Assembly (NCBI GenBank): GCA_050014195.1 | Contig: JBEKDT010000001.1 | Location: 32,001 to 96,000 of the forward strand | Length of the DNA: 64,000 nt | Source: Desulfomonilia bacterium | Lineage (GTDB): Bacteria; Desulfobacterota; Desulfomonilia; UBA1062 | Direction: 5' to 3' | Shown here: one piece after another, positions 9,718 through 19,485 of the stretch | Position numbering within the stretch: position 1 is the stretch's first letter | Layout of the letters: each line of letters opens with the position of its first letter | The notes under the pieces: model-generated | Seen by the model: the letters and a program-made list of their open reading frames with translations, nothing else | Database searches by the model: none | Told to the model about the DNA's origin: nothing | Program-made: the position numbers and the translations under genes

Positions 9718-10454
9718 GGCTCCCTCCTTTTGGGCTGGTTGAGGATTGTGCGCAAATGCTCTTCGCCGTGGTTCAATGTCTCTATCATGACGTTCACCGC
9801 CCGCACGGTGTTCTTCTTTGCAATGGCATCCACAAGCCTGCCATGGAAGGCTGCTGTGGCCGGCACATTGGCAGGGTCTGAAAAGAACACGCCGGTGAAG
9901 TTCATGTACACCGGCTTGAACGAGTTGATGAGCAGCGGGTAGATGACGTTTGCGGATGCCATGCCGATGGTATGGTGGAACCTGAAGTCGAGTGCGGTGA
10001 TCTTCTTTACATTCCCGGGGTCAACGGACTCTTCCTTTTCGAGGATCTCGCGGAGCTCGGTTAGGTGATCCTCGGTCCGGTTGGCTGCTGCAAGCCTGGA
10101 GGTCTCGCTTTCCACCAGGAGCCTTATCTGCAGCAGGCTTTCCAACAGGCCTTCGTCGATCGCACCCTGCTGGTAGTTGATGATGGAGTTCAGGATGGCC
10201 AGCGACCCCTCCTTGCGGTAGTCGTTCACAACCGTGCCGATCCTCGGCTTCATGGTAACCAGGCCCTTGGCCGCGAGGTCAACGAGCCCCTCGTGCACCA
10301 CGGGCCTGCTCACGCCCAGCTGCAGGGCCAGCTCTCTTTCCGAGGGCAGCTTCTGCCCGATGGCGATCTTGCCGGTCAGGATCAGGTCTTCGAACCGCGA
10401 GATGAACACGTCTACCAAGCTGTCCGAATGGAGCGGCTTCAGCATGTCCTTCAT
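9714..10454 (-). CDS. GntR/FadR-family transcriptional regulator
   Basis: LPSERELALQLGVSRPVV HTH and FCD (DFRFH); start moved to MKDMLKP after an AGGGGG RBS; 4-nt overlap with the GRE gene. Confidence 0.92.
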   Translation of the reverse strand: MKDMLKPLHSDSLVDVFISRFEDLILTGKIAIGQKLPSERELALQLGVSRPVVHEGLVDLAAKGLVTMKPRIGTVVNDYRKEGSLAILNSIINYQQGAIDEGLLESLLQIRLLVESETSRLAAANRTEDHLTELREILEKEESVDPGNVKKITALDFRFHHTIGMASANVIYPLLINSFKPVYMNFTGVFFSDPANVPATAAFHGRLVDAIAKKNTVRAVNVMIETLNHGEEHLRTILNQPKRREP

Positions 10455-10471
10455 TGAACCCCCTTTTATGT

Positions 10472-10492
10472 GGCTGGTGGTAAGGCCAGCTG
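10472..10492. promoter_or_regulatory. Candidate FadR-type operator
   Basis: GCTGG-tggtaagg-CCAGC inverted repeat just upstream of gntR. Confidence 0.35.
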
Positions 10493-10600
10493 ACAATATA
10501 CACCTGAAATGAGGGGGAGGCAAGGAGGAAAAGTACCTTTGATTCTTTATTATGATGTTTAAGTATCGAGCGGAGACTGGAATCAGGCGCTATCCAGTCT

Positions 10601-10664
10601 GATCTCTTATTTCGAGATCATTGGTTTGGGAGCCTTCCGAACGTGCCAATTTATTGAAGGAATC
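10601..10664. repeat. ~63-bp imperfect palindromic site, copy B
   Basis: TTCGAGATCAT...N8...GCCAATTTATTGAAGGAATC; closely resembles 11342-11403. Confidence 0.5.
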
Positions 10665-10760
10665 TACAGAAATGTATATGGTTAAGATAGTATATATTCA
10701 GAATAAATCAATGTATATAAGGTGGTAATTAATAATTCCACACGTTAAAGGGGGAACAAA

Positions 10761-11339
10761 ATGAAACATCTCATCGTCTATTCACACCCGAACCCAAAGA
10801 GCTTTTGTCATGCAATACTGGAAGAAGTTATAAAGACCTTAAAATTAAGGAATCATGATCTTGTGGTAAGAGATCTCTACGACCTTAAGTTCAATCCCGT
10901 TTTGAGCACATCGGACTTTGTGGCTATTCAGTCCGGAAACATTCCACATGACGTCAAGGAAGAACAAAATTTCATTATCTGGTCTGATATTATTACCGTG
11001 ATACATCCTGTATGGTGGACAGGTATTCCGGCTATGTTCAAGGGCTACATTGATCGTGTGTTTTCACATGGCTTTGCCTATGCCATAGGCGATAAGGGTC
11101 TCGAACAGCTTCTCAAAGGCAAGAAAGTTATCATCTTTAACAGCCAGGGGACACCCAAAGAGATCTATGATGCCTCAGGGATGTCAAATGCTATGCACAT
11201 GACATCAGACACTGGCATATACCAGTTTTGTGGCATCGAAGTACTCGAGCATATATTCTTTTCTGCTGTCCCTTATGTGGATGATAAAACACGGAAGGAT
11301 TATATTGAACAGGTTGGCAATGTTATGGGTCGATATTGA
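10761..11339 (+). CDS. NAD(P)H dehydrogenase (quinone), flavodoxin-like fold
   Basis: YSHPNPKSF, PVWWTGIPAMFKGYIDRVF. Confidence 0.92.
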   Translation: MKHLIVYSHPNPKSFCHAILEEVIKTLKLRNHDLVVRDLYDLKFNPVLSTSDFVAIQSGNIPHDVKEEQNFIIWSDIITVIHPVWWTGIPAMFKGYIDRVFSHGFAYAIGDKGLEQLLKGKKVIIFNSQGTPKEIYDASGMSNAMHMTSDTGIYQFCGIEVLEHIFFSAVPYVDDKTRKDYIEQVGNVMGRY

Positions 11340-11341
11340 TT

Positions 11342-11403
11342 GATTGATGTTCGAGATCATCAGTTTTAAGACATTGCAAAGGCGCCAATCTATCGAAGAG
11401 ATC
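11342..11403. repeat. ~63-bp imperfect palindromic site, copy C
   Basis: GATTGATGTTCGAGATCATCAGTTTTA-N8-CAAAGGCGCCAATCTATCGAAGAGATC. Confidence 0.55.
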
Positions 11404-11582
11404 TTCAATCCAGGCTCATTGTGATGAATGGCATGAAATATTTAGTTTAACCTGGCTATGTTTTATGATGGAATATTATGGTATAAAAAGACAAGAATAT
11501 GTATTTTGTGTCAATAGGTAAGAAATGCATCGCTGAATAACATGCACGCACATTTATTGCATTTATGTTGTGAAAGAAGCAT

Positions 11583-13418
11583 ATGTACATCAAACATTTA
11601 CTTTTCGAGAACGTTGGACCCATTCAGTACATCGACTACACTTTTCCTTTTGACGACGAAGGAAAACCAAAGCCTGTGGTGCTGGTTGGGATGAATGGTT
11701 CTGGAAAAAGTATCTTGCTATCACACATCGTGAATTCACTGATTAGTGCCAAACAAGAAATATTTGAAAACACTGAGGTTGAGAAAGGGAAAGTATATAA
11801 ATACAGATCCCCCAGTTATATCACGACAGGATATGAATACTACTTCGCTAGGCTTCAGTTCGAATCTGATCTTGAGTCTGGAGAGTGGCAGATAAGCATG
11901 TCACGCAACGATTTCGAAAGCAAGTTTAACTACACGCCGAACCACAAGGAATGGTCACTGGTGCCGGAGAAGGAAACATCAATGATATGGTCAAACTTTA
12001 ACAACAAGATAAATGATGTTAAAACTCTCCTGAATAACAACTGTGTCCTCTACTTTCCCCCCAATCGATTTGAAGAACCGGCATGGCTCAATTATGACAA
12101 TTTGGTCGCTCGTGCGGAGTTTTCGGATATCAAACATATTCAGGGCATCTCCAACCGTAGTATCATCCAATACTCCCCCCTTACACAAAATAAGAATTGG
12201 CTACTGGATGTTCTCTTTGATAGACAGGCCTTTGAGATTCAGACGCAAAATTTTCCTGTGCAACTGGATCCAACCAAAAACATTCCATTACCGTTATTTG
12301 CCGGATACTCTGGTCCCTCGACCAACCTGTACTTGGGGATTTTAGACGTGCTCCGTTTAATAGTCGGATCAATAGACAACCCCCGTTTCGGAGTGGGGCC
12401 ACGCAAAAATCGCCAGCTAACCGTGATGCGTAACGAGAGACCATGGATCCCAAATGTATTTCAACTCTCTACCGGAGAGACTTTGGTTCTGAATCTTTTC
12501 CTTTCTCTACTCCGCGATTTCGATCTGACCGATGGCGGATTCCATAGTTTGGACCAAGTAAGAGGAATAATGCTGGTAGACGAGATTGACTCACATCTCC
12601 ACTGTGACCTACAAAGCAACGTAATTCCTTCTCTAATGAAACGATTCCCCAGAGTGCAGTTCATTGTAACATCGCACTCGCCCTTGTTCTTAATGGGTCT
12701 CCAAAGAGAGTTGTCTGATGACGGCTTTCGAATTCTGTCTCTCCCGGAAGGTAATGAAATAGGTATTGAACGATTCTCGGAGTTTCAGAACGCATATCAA
12801 GTTTTCAAGCAATCATCTGCTTATGAAAACGATCTTAAACTGATACTCGAACGGGCAGGACAAGATGTTGTCATTGTCGAGGGCAATTACGATGTTCTCT
12901 ATCTTCGGAAAGCTGCCTCGTTGCTTGGCCACGAAGAAACCATTAAGGGTGTGGAGTTACTTGATGCTGACGGTTTTGGCAATCTGGACAAGATATGGAA
13001 ACACTTTGATTCACGATTGGCTCAGCTCTCCCCCCGTAAAACCCTTCTCGTCTATGACTGCGACACGACCAAGCAAAATGCTGATCGGGGGCGGATTATT
13101 AAACGGGTTGTCCCTTCAGTATCCGGCAACCCAATAACCAAAGGTATAGAAAACCTTTTCCCTCAAAGCACAATCGATGCCGCACGCAAAGCAAACCCCC
13201 GTTTCATAGATGTGACGCCGGCTGTTAAAAGGATAATTCGTGGAAATGAGATCATTCAACCCGAAGTTTTAGAAGTCAATAAAGATGAGAAAGCTAATCT
13301 GTGCAATTGGCTGTGCCAGAATGGTACCGTCGATGATTTTATTGGCTTTCAGTCAGTTTTTCACCTCATAAGGAATGCATTGGAAGAAGGATCAGGCACA
13401 CGCGAGGATGAGGCGTAA
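11583..13418 (+). CDS. ABC-type ATPase fused to a TOPRIM-like domain (OLD-like nuclease), putative defence protein
   Basis: Walker A GMNGSGKS, signature LSTGE, Walker B LVDEID, H-loop TSHS; TOPRIM VEGNYD and YDCD. Confidence 0.8.
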   Translation: MYIKHLLFENVGPIQYIDYTFPFDDEGKPKPVVLVGMNGSGKSILLSHIVNSLISAKQEIFENTEVEKGKVYKYRSPSYITTGYEYYFARLQFESDLESGEWQISMSRNDFESKFNYTPNHKEWSLVPEKETSMIWSNFNNKINDVKTLLNNNCVLYFPPNRFEEPAWLNYDNLVARAEFSDIKHIQGISNRSIIQYSPLTQNKNWLLDVLFDRQAFEIQTQNFPVQLDPTKNIPLPLFAGYSGPSTNLYLGILDVLRLIVGSIDNPRFGVGPRKNRQLTVMRNERPWIPNVFQLSTGETLVLNLFLSLLRDFDLTDGGFHSLDQVRGIMLVDEIDSHLHCDLQSNVIPSLMKRFPRVQFIVTSHSPLFLMGLQRELSDDGFRILSLPEGNEIGIERFSEFQNAYQVFKQSSAYENDLKLILERAGQDVVIVEGNYDVLYLRKAASLLGHEETIKGVELLDADGFGNLDKIWKHFDSRLAQLSPRKTLLVYDCDTTKQNADRGRIIKRVVPSVSGNPITKGIENLFPQSTIDAARKANPRFIDVTPAVKRIIRGNEIIQPEVLEVNKDEKANLCNWLCQNGTVDDFIGFQSVFHLIRNALEEGSGTREDEA

Positions 13419-13462
13419 GAAAATATTCCGCTTTAGCTAATCCGGGTGTTACCCAATATGAT

Positions 13463-13524
13463 GATTCCTGCGATAAATGATCGGGTTCAAACGTTCTAAG
13501 AAACTGATGATCTTCTGCCAGATT
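13463..13524. repeat. ~63-bp imperfect palindromic site, copy D (inverted relative to C)
   Basis: Reverse strand AGATCATCAGTTTCTT-N8-TGAACCCGATCATTTATCGCAGGAATC. Confidence 0.55.
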
Positions 13525-13840
13525 GGCGCTCTGAGTCTTAGCCTGAATACCATAGATTTGGAAACATGATGTCCTGTTTTCAGCCTTCTCAAAACCGCGA
13601 TGAAACCGAGGAGATCTCTCGGATAAAGGGGGCAGATTTATTTTCTGAAGGGAAGCAGGCTTCAGATGGTAGGCATGAGAATCGAAATCCAGGAGGTTCG
13701 AAATGCCATTGCAGCTTATGAGGCTCGATGATTGGGACTTGACTTCTCGTGCAAAGGCGCAATGAAGATGATCGTATGAAATCATTGCCGGAGAACAGAC
13801 CCGATAAACATGTATCTATTATCATCCATAAAAGGAGTTC

Positions 13841-14347
13841 ATGATGAAAAATTGCGATCCCCTTGCCATTTCCGAAACCCTGACAACCCGGATTAAAAAA
13901 GGCGCCTTCCTGACCGTCAAGGCAGGAGACTCCATGAACACCATGACCGTAGGCTGGGGCCTGGTCGGGTTCATCTGGCAGCGGAGCGTCTTCATGGTGG
14001 CCGTGCGCGACTCGCGCCATACCTTCTCCATCATGGAAAAGGCTTCTGATTTCACGGTCACCTTTCCGACGAAGGACATGCAAGACACCCTCATGTTCTG
14101 CGGCTCCAAATCCGGCCGGGATCTGGACAAGTTCAAGGCCTGCAAGCTGATCCCTGTGGCGGCGCAGCAGACTCTCTCCCCGGTCCTCCAGGTGCCGGGC
14201 ATCCACCTCGAATGCCGGATCTGTTTCAAGGCGCCCATGGACCCCGCTTATCTCGATGGGGCCCTTCATGACCTCTATCCGGCAAAGGACTACCACACCC
14301 TCTATTTTGGTGAGATCGTGGCCTGTTACGAAACCGATACACCGTGA
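13841..14347 (+). CDS. Flavin reductase-like protein
   Basis: NTMTVGWG, VRDSRHT, CGSKSGRDLDK, HTLYFGEI. Confidence 0.9.
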   Translation: MMKNCDPLAISETLTTRIKKGAFLTVKAGDSMNTMTVGWGLVGFIWQRSVFMVAVRDSRHTFSIMEKASDFTVTFPTKDMQDTLMFCGSKSGRDLDKFKACKLIPVAAQQTLSPVLQVPGIHLECRICFKAPMDPAYLDGALHDLYPAKDYHTLYFGEIVACYETDTP

Positions 14348-14413
14348 GCGGTTGCATGGCAATTCACCAGGCAATGGGACCGGTAAAGGACCTGGGACAT
14401 TCATAAAAATGGA

Positions 14414-14712
14414 TCTTCTCTGTGAAGCATATTTTATGGTTTGCATCCTTTTCCCAGCCCATTGTTCTCACCACGAAGGACACGAAGAGCACAAAAAAGA
14501 TCTAAAAAATGCAAACAGACACTCTTAGACCTTTTGAACTGGTCCATAATTTCTAAAAATCCTTTCTTCGTGTCCTTCGTGCTCTTCGTGGTGAAGCACC
14601 TCTATGTCTGCTCAAATGCTATGCTCCATTTTGGTTGCGGCTATGCTGCGCTAAGCTCTTCGTGGTGAAATATCCCTTTTGTGTGCTCTTCAATGATCCG
14701 AGTATGCTTTAC
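14414..14712 (+). repeat. Dispersed MITE-like element (CCACGAAGGACACGAAGAGCAC family), copy 1
   Basis: Highly similar to 35931-36154; internal inverted repeats; extra internal segment. Confidence 0.8.
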
Positions 14713-14806
14713 CTAAAAATGCGGCTACCTGGGCAAGGCCTTCTGCCTTGACCCGTGCCACCCGATGATTTCTTTTTATCTTAGCTACCCGTCCGAGTGA
14801 CCCTGT

Positions 14807-15307
14807 TCATCTCTTGAAGATCTTTGCAATGAGCGGGTTCTTGCCGGGCGATGCTTCGTAGACTGTTCCCAGCTCTTTCTGATAACCAGCGACAATGGAA
14901 TGGATGATCCGGTCAAAAAACAGGTTCACGTAGAAATTGATCTCCATGAGCTGATTGAGGTCGAATCCGCTGTCCACCGAGATCTGAGCCTTTATTACAT
15001 CCCAGATCCCCCTCTTGATCAGCAGGAACACCATGACCACCTCATCGAGGGGAATGCCTTCCCGGCACCTCTGGGCACCGAGATCCGAATAGTAGGCGAA
15101 CAAAGTGTTCTTCGGTTTGTTCTTGTTGAGCCAGTTCCCGAGCCTCTGGTATACATTGCGGATCACCTGGGAGATGCGCTCCGAAGTGACATCTTCCGAG
15201 ATTTCCCGGTAATGTCTGGTTTCTTCCCTCTTCCGGATATCCTGCAGGAGTTTATTGGTAATCTTCTCTGCATTTTTCTCGATGAGATCCATGAATCGCT
15301 CGTACAT
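14807..15307 (-). CDS. RsbRD N-terminal-like helical protein
   Basis: YSDLGAQRCREGIPLDEVV motif. Confidence 0.6.
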   Translation of the reverse strand: MYERFMDLIEKNAEKITNKLLQDIRKREETRHYREISEDVTSERISQVIRNVYQRLGNWLNKNKPKNTLFAYYSDLGAQRCREGIPLDEVVMVFLLIKRGIWDVIKAQISVDSGFDLNQLMEINFYVNLFFDRIIHSIVAGYQKELGTVYEASPGKNPLIAKIFKR

Positions 15308-15496
15308 GACTCTTTCCTCCCTTGTATGGTGAACAATAGAATAAGAATTATATCAATATTGTCAATGGAAGCAGCCTCCCTTCACGGTTCGCACCGGGTG
15401 TAATGAAGACGGTGATGTCCCGACCGTATTGACATGTAAACCGTGGTTCTTAATCTAAGGAATATCTCGAAAGGCTAAAATGCATGGAGGGAAGAG

Positions 15497-15886
15497 ATGA
15501 AAATCCTGATGTACTATGACGGTACGGAATATACGAAAGAAGCCCTGCCCCTGGTAAAATCACATGCAAAGGCCTTCAATGCCAGTGTCGATGTGGTTTC
15601 CTCTCTTCCCAGAGGGGGGGAGCCGCAGCTCAAGGAGGTTGAGTCGAGGGAAGATGAGCTTGCATACATAAAGAGCACCTTTGACAAGGAAAAGATCCCC
15701 TGCGAGACCCACCTCCTGATCAAGGGTCATGATGCGGGAGTAGACATTGTCCAATTTGCCGGGGAGCACAAGGTCGACGAGATCATTATCGGGACCGAAA
15801 AGAAAACGAGGGTCGAAAAGTTCATTATAGGCTCGGTCGCCCAGTACGTGATCATCAACGCGAAGTGCCCGGTGGTCGTCGTCTGA
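15497..15886 (+). CDS. Universal stress protein
   Basis: MKILMYYDG, IIIG, IGSVAQYVIINAKCPVVVV. Confidence 0.92.
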   Translation: MKILMYYDGTEYTKEALPLVKSHAKAFNASVDVVSSLPRGGEPQLKEVESREDELAYIKSTFDKEKIPCETHLLIKGHDAGVDIVQFAGEHKVDEIIIGTEKKTRVEKFIIGSVAQYVIINAKCPVVVV

Positions 15887-15971
15887 TCGAAGTCCTATTG
15901 CAATAAGGCCCTGCCTCAAAGGTTTGAACAGCAAGGAGGGAGAGTTTCCTGAAAGGAAACCGGGAGAGAAT

Positions 15972-16391
15972 ATGAAAATAATAAAGACGTTTGGTTGTGT
16001 CTACGCGGCAGTTTTCATGATGGGCATTTTCATCTGTATTCTTCCTCATACGCTCAATGCCGCAGATGCCCCGCGAATGGGGAAGGATGAATTAAAAAAA
16101 CTGCTGGACAACACGGATGTCATCATTCTCGATGTGCGCACCCAGGTTGATTGGGAACAAAGTGAATATAAGATAAAGGGAGCCAAGCGCCTGGAGGATG
16201 TCGACGCAGTGGACAGCATTGTTGCTAACCCGAAGGACAAAACCATTGTACTCTACTGTGCCTGACCGCATGAGGCGACGAGTGCCAGGCTGGCACCCAG
16301 ATTGATGTCAAAGGGCTACACGAAGGTCTATGTACTGAAGGGAGGCTGGAACGAGTGGTATGATTCCGGCTATCCTGTTGAAAAGAAATGA
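15972..16391 (+). CDS. Exported rhodanese-related selenoprotein (CxU); UGA at 16263-16265 read as Sec
   Basis: ILDVR...VLYCA-UGA-PHEATSARLA...VYVLKGGWNEW continues in frame; GTGCCA-ggc-TGGCAC hairpin at 16282-16296. Confidence 0.85.
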
Positions 16392-16450
16392 ACGGTTTAC
16401 ATTACGAGAACGAAAACCCCGGTTTACCCCTGTTGACGGACAGGGAGAAT

Positions 16451-17407
16451 TTATCTGGCGGAGCCGAGCAGCATAATGAATGCCCTGAACAGATCGGGAT
16501 CAAAATCATGCGCCATCTCAACTTGCATGATCTTGAGGGCCTCAAACGGACTCTTGGGCGCTTTGAAAGGCCTCCCTGCAGTCAATGACTCAAAGGTGTC
16601 TGCAATGGCGCATATCTTTGCATAGACAGGGATCTCACTGCCTGATTTTCCAAAGGGGTATCCATTCCCATTGCATCTCTCGTGGTGATACAGAATAATC
16701 GCGGTCGACTCATCACTGTGATAGTTGGCCTTCTTGAGCCTGTCCTGTCCCCAGAGGGGGTGTTTCCTTATGGTTTCCCATTCGCTGTCGGATAAAGGTT
16801 CTTCTTTATCCAGGATAGTGCTCGGGACCTTGGTCATCCCGATGTCATGGAGAAAAAATGCCATGCTCAGTTCATCGATATTGTGATCATCGATCTTATC
16901 CTGAAAAAGGTTGATCGTCATGGCAGTGCCATAGACCCCCACCTTTACCGAATGCTTAATGGTGTAGTGGTCGCTGCTGGTGATTTTTATAAAATCCTCC
17001 ATAACCCTGCCGTCTGAGAGAATCATCTTTACGATTTTTTTGGATATCTTTTTCAGCTCTGACAATGTCTTCAAGTTTGTTCCCTGAAATACCTCCCGGA
17101 TGGATTTCATGGACGCTGAATATGCAATATCCGCCTTTGCCTGCGGGCTCACCTCGGGATCGGTCAGTATATCCATAAGGTAGGCATCCAGACGCTCCTG
17201 TGCATCGGTGGAATCCTGCGCGATGAAAAAGAGCTTCAGCTTCTCCTTTTTGAACTGATGGAATTGTTCCTCGGGTAAAAGCGCCCCCTTGGCTGCAAAC
17301 AAGCGATAGTCACCCCTGATCTTGGTATAAAGATCCATAGTACATTTCTGATCTATGAAGGCTATCTGAAGGGGAATCTCTTTATAAATCAATGCATGTC
17401 TCCTCAA
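16451..17407 (-). CDS. HD-GYP domain phosphodiesterase
   Basis: LHDIG, HHERCNGNGYP, IADTFE. Confidence 0.92.
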   Translation of the reverse strand: MRRHALIYKEIPLQIAFIDQKCTMDLYTKIRGDYRLFAAKGALLPEEQFHQFKKEKLKLFFIAQDSTDAQERLDAYLMDILTDPEVSPQAKADIAYSASMKSIREVFQGTNLKTLSELKKISKKIVKMILSDGRVMEDFIKITSSDHYTIKHSVKVGVYGTAMTINLFQDKIDDHNIDELSMAFFLHDIGMTKVPSTILDKEEPLSDSEWETIRKHPLWGQDRLKKANYHSDESTAIILYHHERCNGNGYPFGKSGSEIPVYAKICAIADTFESLTAGRPFKAPKSPFEALKIMQVEMAHDFDPDLFRAFIMLLGSAR

Positions 17408-17625
17408 TAACGATCTCTAGGATTTTTACGGAGTTTTGGATCACTCAACAACGGCATATAACTCTTTATCGTCAAAGAGATGATTAGTATTAATACATTG
17501 ATGAGAAAAGAACAGGCAAATCTAAGGCATTTCCAAGAACACCCTCCTTTCTGCTGTCATAAGGCGAATACTCAACCAGGTCTTCCCTATCAGGGGCAGG
17601 CGTTTAATATATATGGTTCATTACC

Positions 17626-17804
17626 GTAAGGCATACTCGGATCATTGAGGAGCACACAGAGGGATATCTAACCACGAAGAGCACTTTAGGACACGAAAAA
17701 AAATCCTCTTGAAATCACTGACCGGGGGAAAGGAATCCAAGAATGTTCGTTTACGCATTTCTTAGGTCTTTTTCGTGCTCTTCGTGTCCTTCGTGGTGAG
17801 AACA
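17626..17804 (-). repeat. Dispersed MITE-like element, copy 2
   Basis: Reverse complement of about 35978-36154. Confidence 0.8.
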
Positions 17805-17868
17805 GAGAGATATACTATCTAAGGGGATATCCTTGGATAGCATCATTCATACTATTGGAGGTGAAGGA

Positions 17869-18348
17869 ATGGACAGACGGACGTTTCTGAAAACTGCAGC
17901 AGCCGGTTCCGCGGCGGTTATGTTTGCCCGCACTGCTGCAGCTGCCGATCGTTATTTCCCTACGCAGGTGAACCAGTCACTCTTCGAAGGTGTCAACCGG
18001 GTAAAGGACCCTGCCATGGAAACAGGGCTTGAAAAAAGCCATGCCCCTGTGCTTAAGGCCCCGGCATCGGTCAAGGCCGGCGAGCCGTTTATGGTTGAAG
18101 TGTCTGTCGGCGAAACACTCCACCCCATGGGGCCTAGCCATTGGATTGAATTCATCGAACTCAGAATCGGTAATGAACCGGCCGGAAAGGCCGATCTCCA
18201 AGCAAACGGATACCTGAAGCCCAGAGTCGCCTTTACCGTGGTGATCCCCAAGGAAGCTGCCCAGGCAGGGAAGATGACCCTGGTGGCCAGACAACAGTGC
18301 AATCTCCACGGCCTGTGGGAGAGGAGTCTCGATATCGCAGTGAGTTAA
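17869..18348 (+). CDS. Tat-exported 1Fe superoxide reductase (neelaredoxin-like)
   Basis: DRRTFLK Tat motif; EKSHAP, HPM...HWIEFI, CNLHG. Confidence 0.85.
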   Translation: MDRRTFLKTAAAGSAAVMFARTAAAADRYFPTQVNQSLFEGVNRVKDPAMETGLEKSHAPVLKAPASVKAGEPFMVEVSVGETLHPMGPSHWIEFIELRIGNEPAGKADLQANGYLKPRVAFTVVIPKEAAQAGKMTLVARQQCNLHGLWERSLDIAVS

Positions 18349-18471
18349 GCCGGACAGGCTCTGCTCCTGCCCTCAATCACACAACGGCCTTGAGGTTTAT
18401 TATGAAAAACGCCTTCGTCTTGCTGGGCAAGGAACGCTTATTCTCCAAGAGCGCTAGTGGAAGCAAACGCC

Positions 18472-19359
18472 TTACTTGTTGATCTGCTTGAAGAGTAGTG
18501 CGGAAAAGGTTTGTGCAAACTTGTGCACATCACCCGGCCATCGTGCCGATATGTAGGATCCATCCTGCACCACCCAGGAAGGTCGATCGTCAGAGGCTGT
18601 ATCACGGAACAGGCCGCTGGTCTTGCGGAAGTAAAAGGGGTCGTGTCTCGGAACATCCAGGAAGTCTTCGGGTTTCTCAAGGATGCGCGTCACCTCCGCC
18701 TGTACACTCCGGTAACCCTGCGGTTCTCCGGGTTCTTCAACATATGTACGGTAATAATCGGCATCCCAGATCCGACCGGCAAAACGCATCATCGACCATG
18801 CAGCCTTTTCCAACTGCCACGTCAGTGCCGTGGTCTTTCGGCCATAAAGAACCGATCTGCCGGTCTTTGGTGAAACGCTCCGTGCAGCAACCACAACACC
18901 ATGGCAAATAGCCCCTACGGGTTTTCCACTGTCAAAGAATGCACCAACGAAAGACTGTAGGGTGCGGTCTTCCAGATAGCGCCGCATGCCCCGGGCATAG
19001 TGCCCTCCCGGCAAAATAAGTCCATCGAAATTCCCGGCAGAAAGTTCCTGATACAACAACGGTTTCAAAAAGGCCGGATCGGATTCCATCGTTTGGTAGG
19101 CGTGACGTGCTTCGGTATTCGCACGCAGCAGGAGACCAAGCATCTTGATTTTCTTCAGTCCCGGGATGAAACCCCAAATGTCGAGCCCTTCGCCTGTCAG
19201 CATGCGAGGATCTCCGTAGGCCCTTGTTCCATCAGGCGTGGCAAATTTCACGCTATGGCCGGCCTCTTTAAGTATCCGCCAGCTCAAGGCTGCTTCCGAT
19301 GGATCAAAGTCTTGATTGGGGAGCGGAATCACGATGGTGGCACTACGGTGATCTTGCAT
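18472..19359 (-). CDS. DJ-1/PfpI-family (class I glutamine amidotransferase-like) protein
   Basis: FDPSE, LPGGH, AICHG, ISARWPGD. Confidence 0.88.
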   Translation of the reverse strand: MQDHRSATIVIPLPNQDFDPSEAALSWRILKEAGHSVKFATPDGTRAYGDPRMLTGEGLDIWGFIPGLKKIKMLGLLLRANTEARHAYQTMESDPAFLKPLLYQELSAGNFDGLILPGGHYARGMRRYLEDRTLQSFVGAFFDSGKPVGAICHGVVVAARSVSPKTGRSVLYGRKTTALTWQLEKAAWSMMRFAGRIWDADYYRTYVEEPGEPQGYRSVQAEVTRILEKPEDFLDVPRHDPFYFRKTSGLFRDTASDDRPSWVVQDGSYISARWPGDVHKFAQTFSALLFKQINK

Positions 19360-19485
19360 GATCAAGTCTCCTAGAGAGGGGTTTGCATGATTCTTAAAAA
19401 ACACCCAATTAAAATAAATCCCGGCTGGATATTGTCAAGTTATGCGGCACCTAAAGAAAAAGGGGAGAGATTTATTTATTATGCA

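Noticed and set aside
11583-13418. Gabija, retron, PARIS or Septu system
   Set aside because: Required partner genes (UvrD helicase, RT/msr-msd, AriB, HNH) are not adjacent
13555-13785. Further possible copies of the 63-bp site
   Set aside because: Only partial similarity; cannot be distinguished from chance by eye
13366-14446. Minus-strand ORFs of 139 and 285 aa, and similar long antisense ORFs across GC-rich genes
   Set aside because: Shadow frames of well-supported genes or intergenic DNA, without motifs
14256-14668. Short ORFs with HHEGHEEH / FFVSFVLFVV (also 35918-36181)
   Set aside because: Translations of the dispersed repeat
15924-16265. Truncated rhodanese pseudogene
   Set aside because: In-frame continuation and a SECIS-like hairpin favour Sec readthrough
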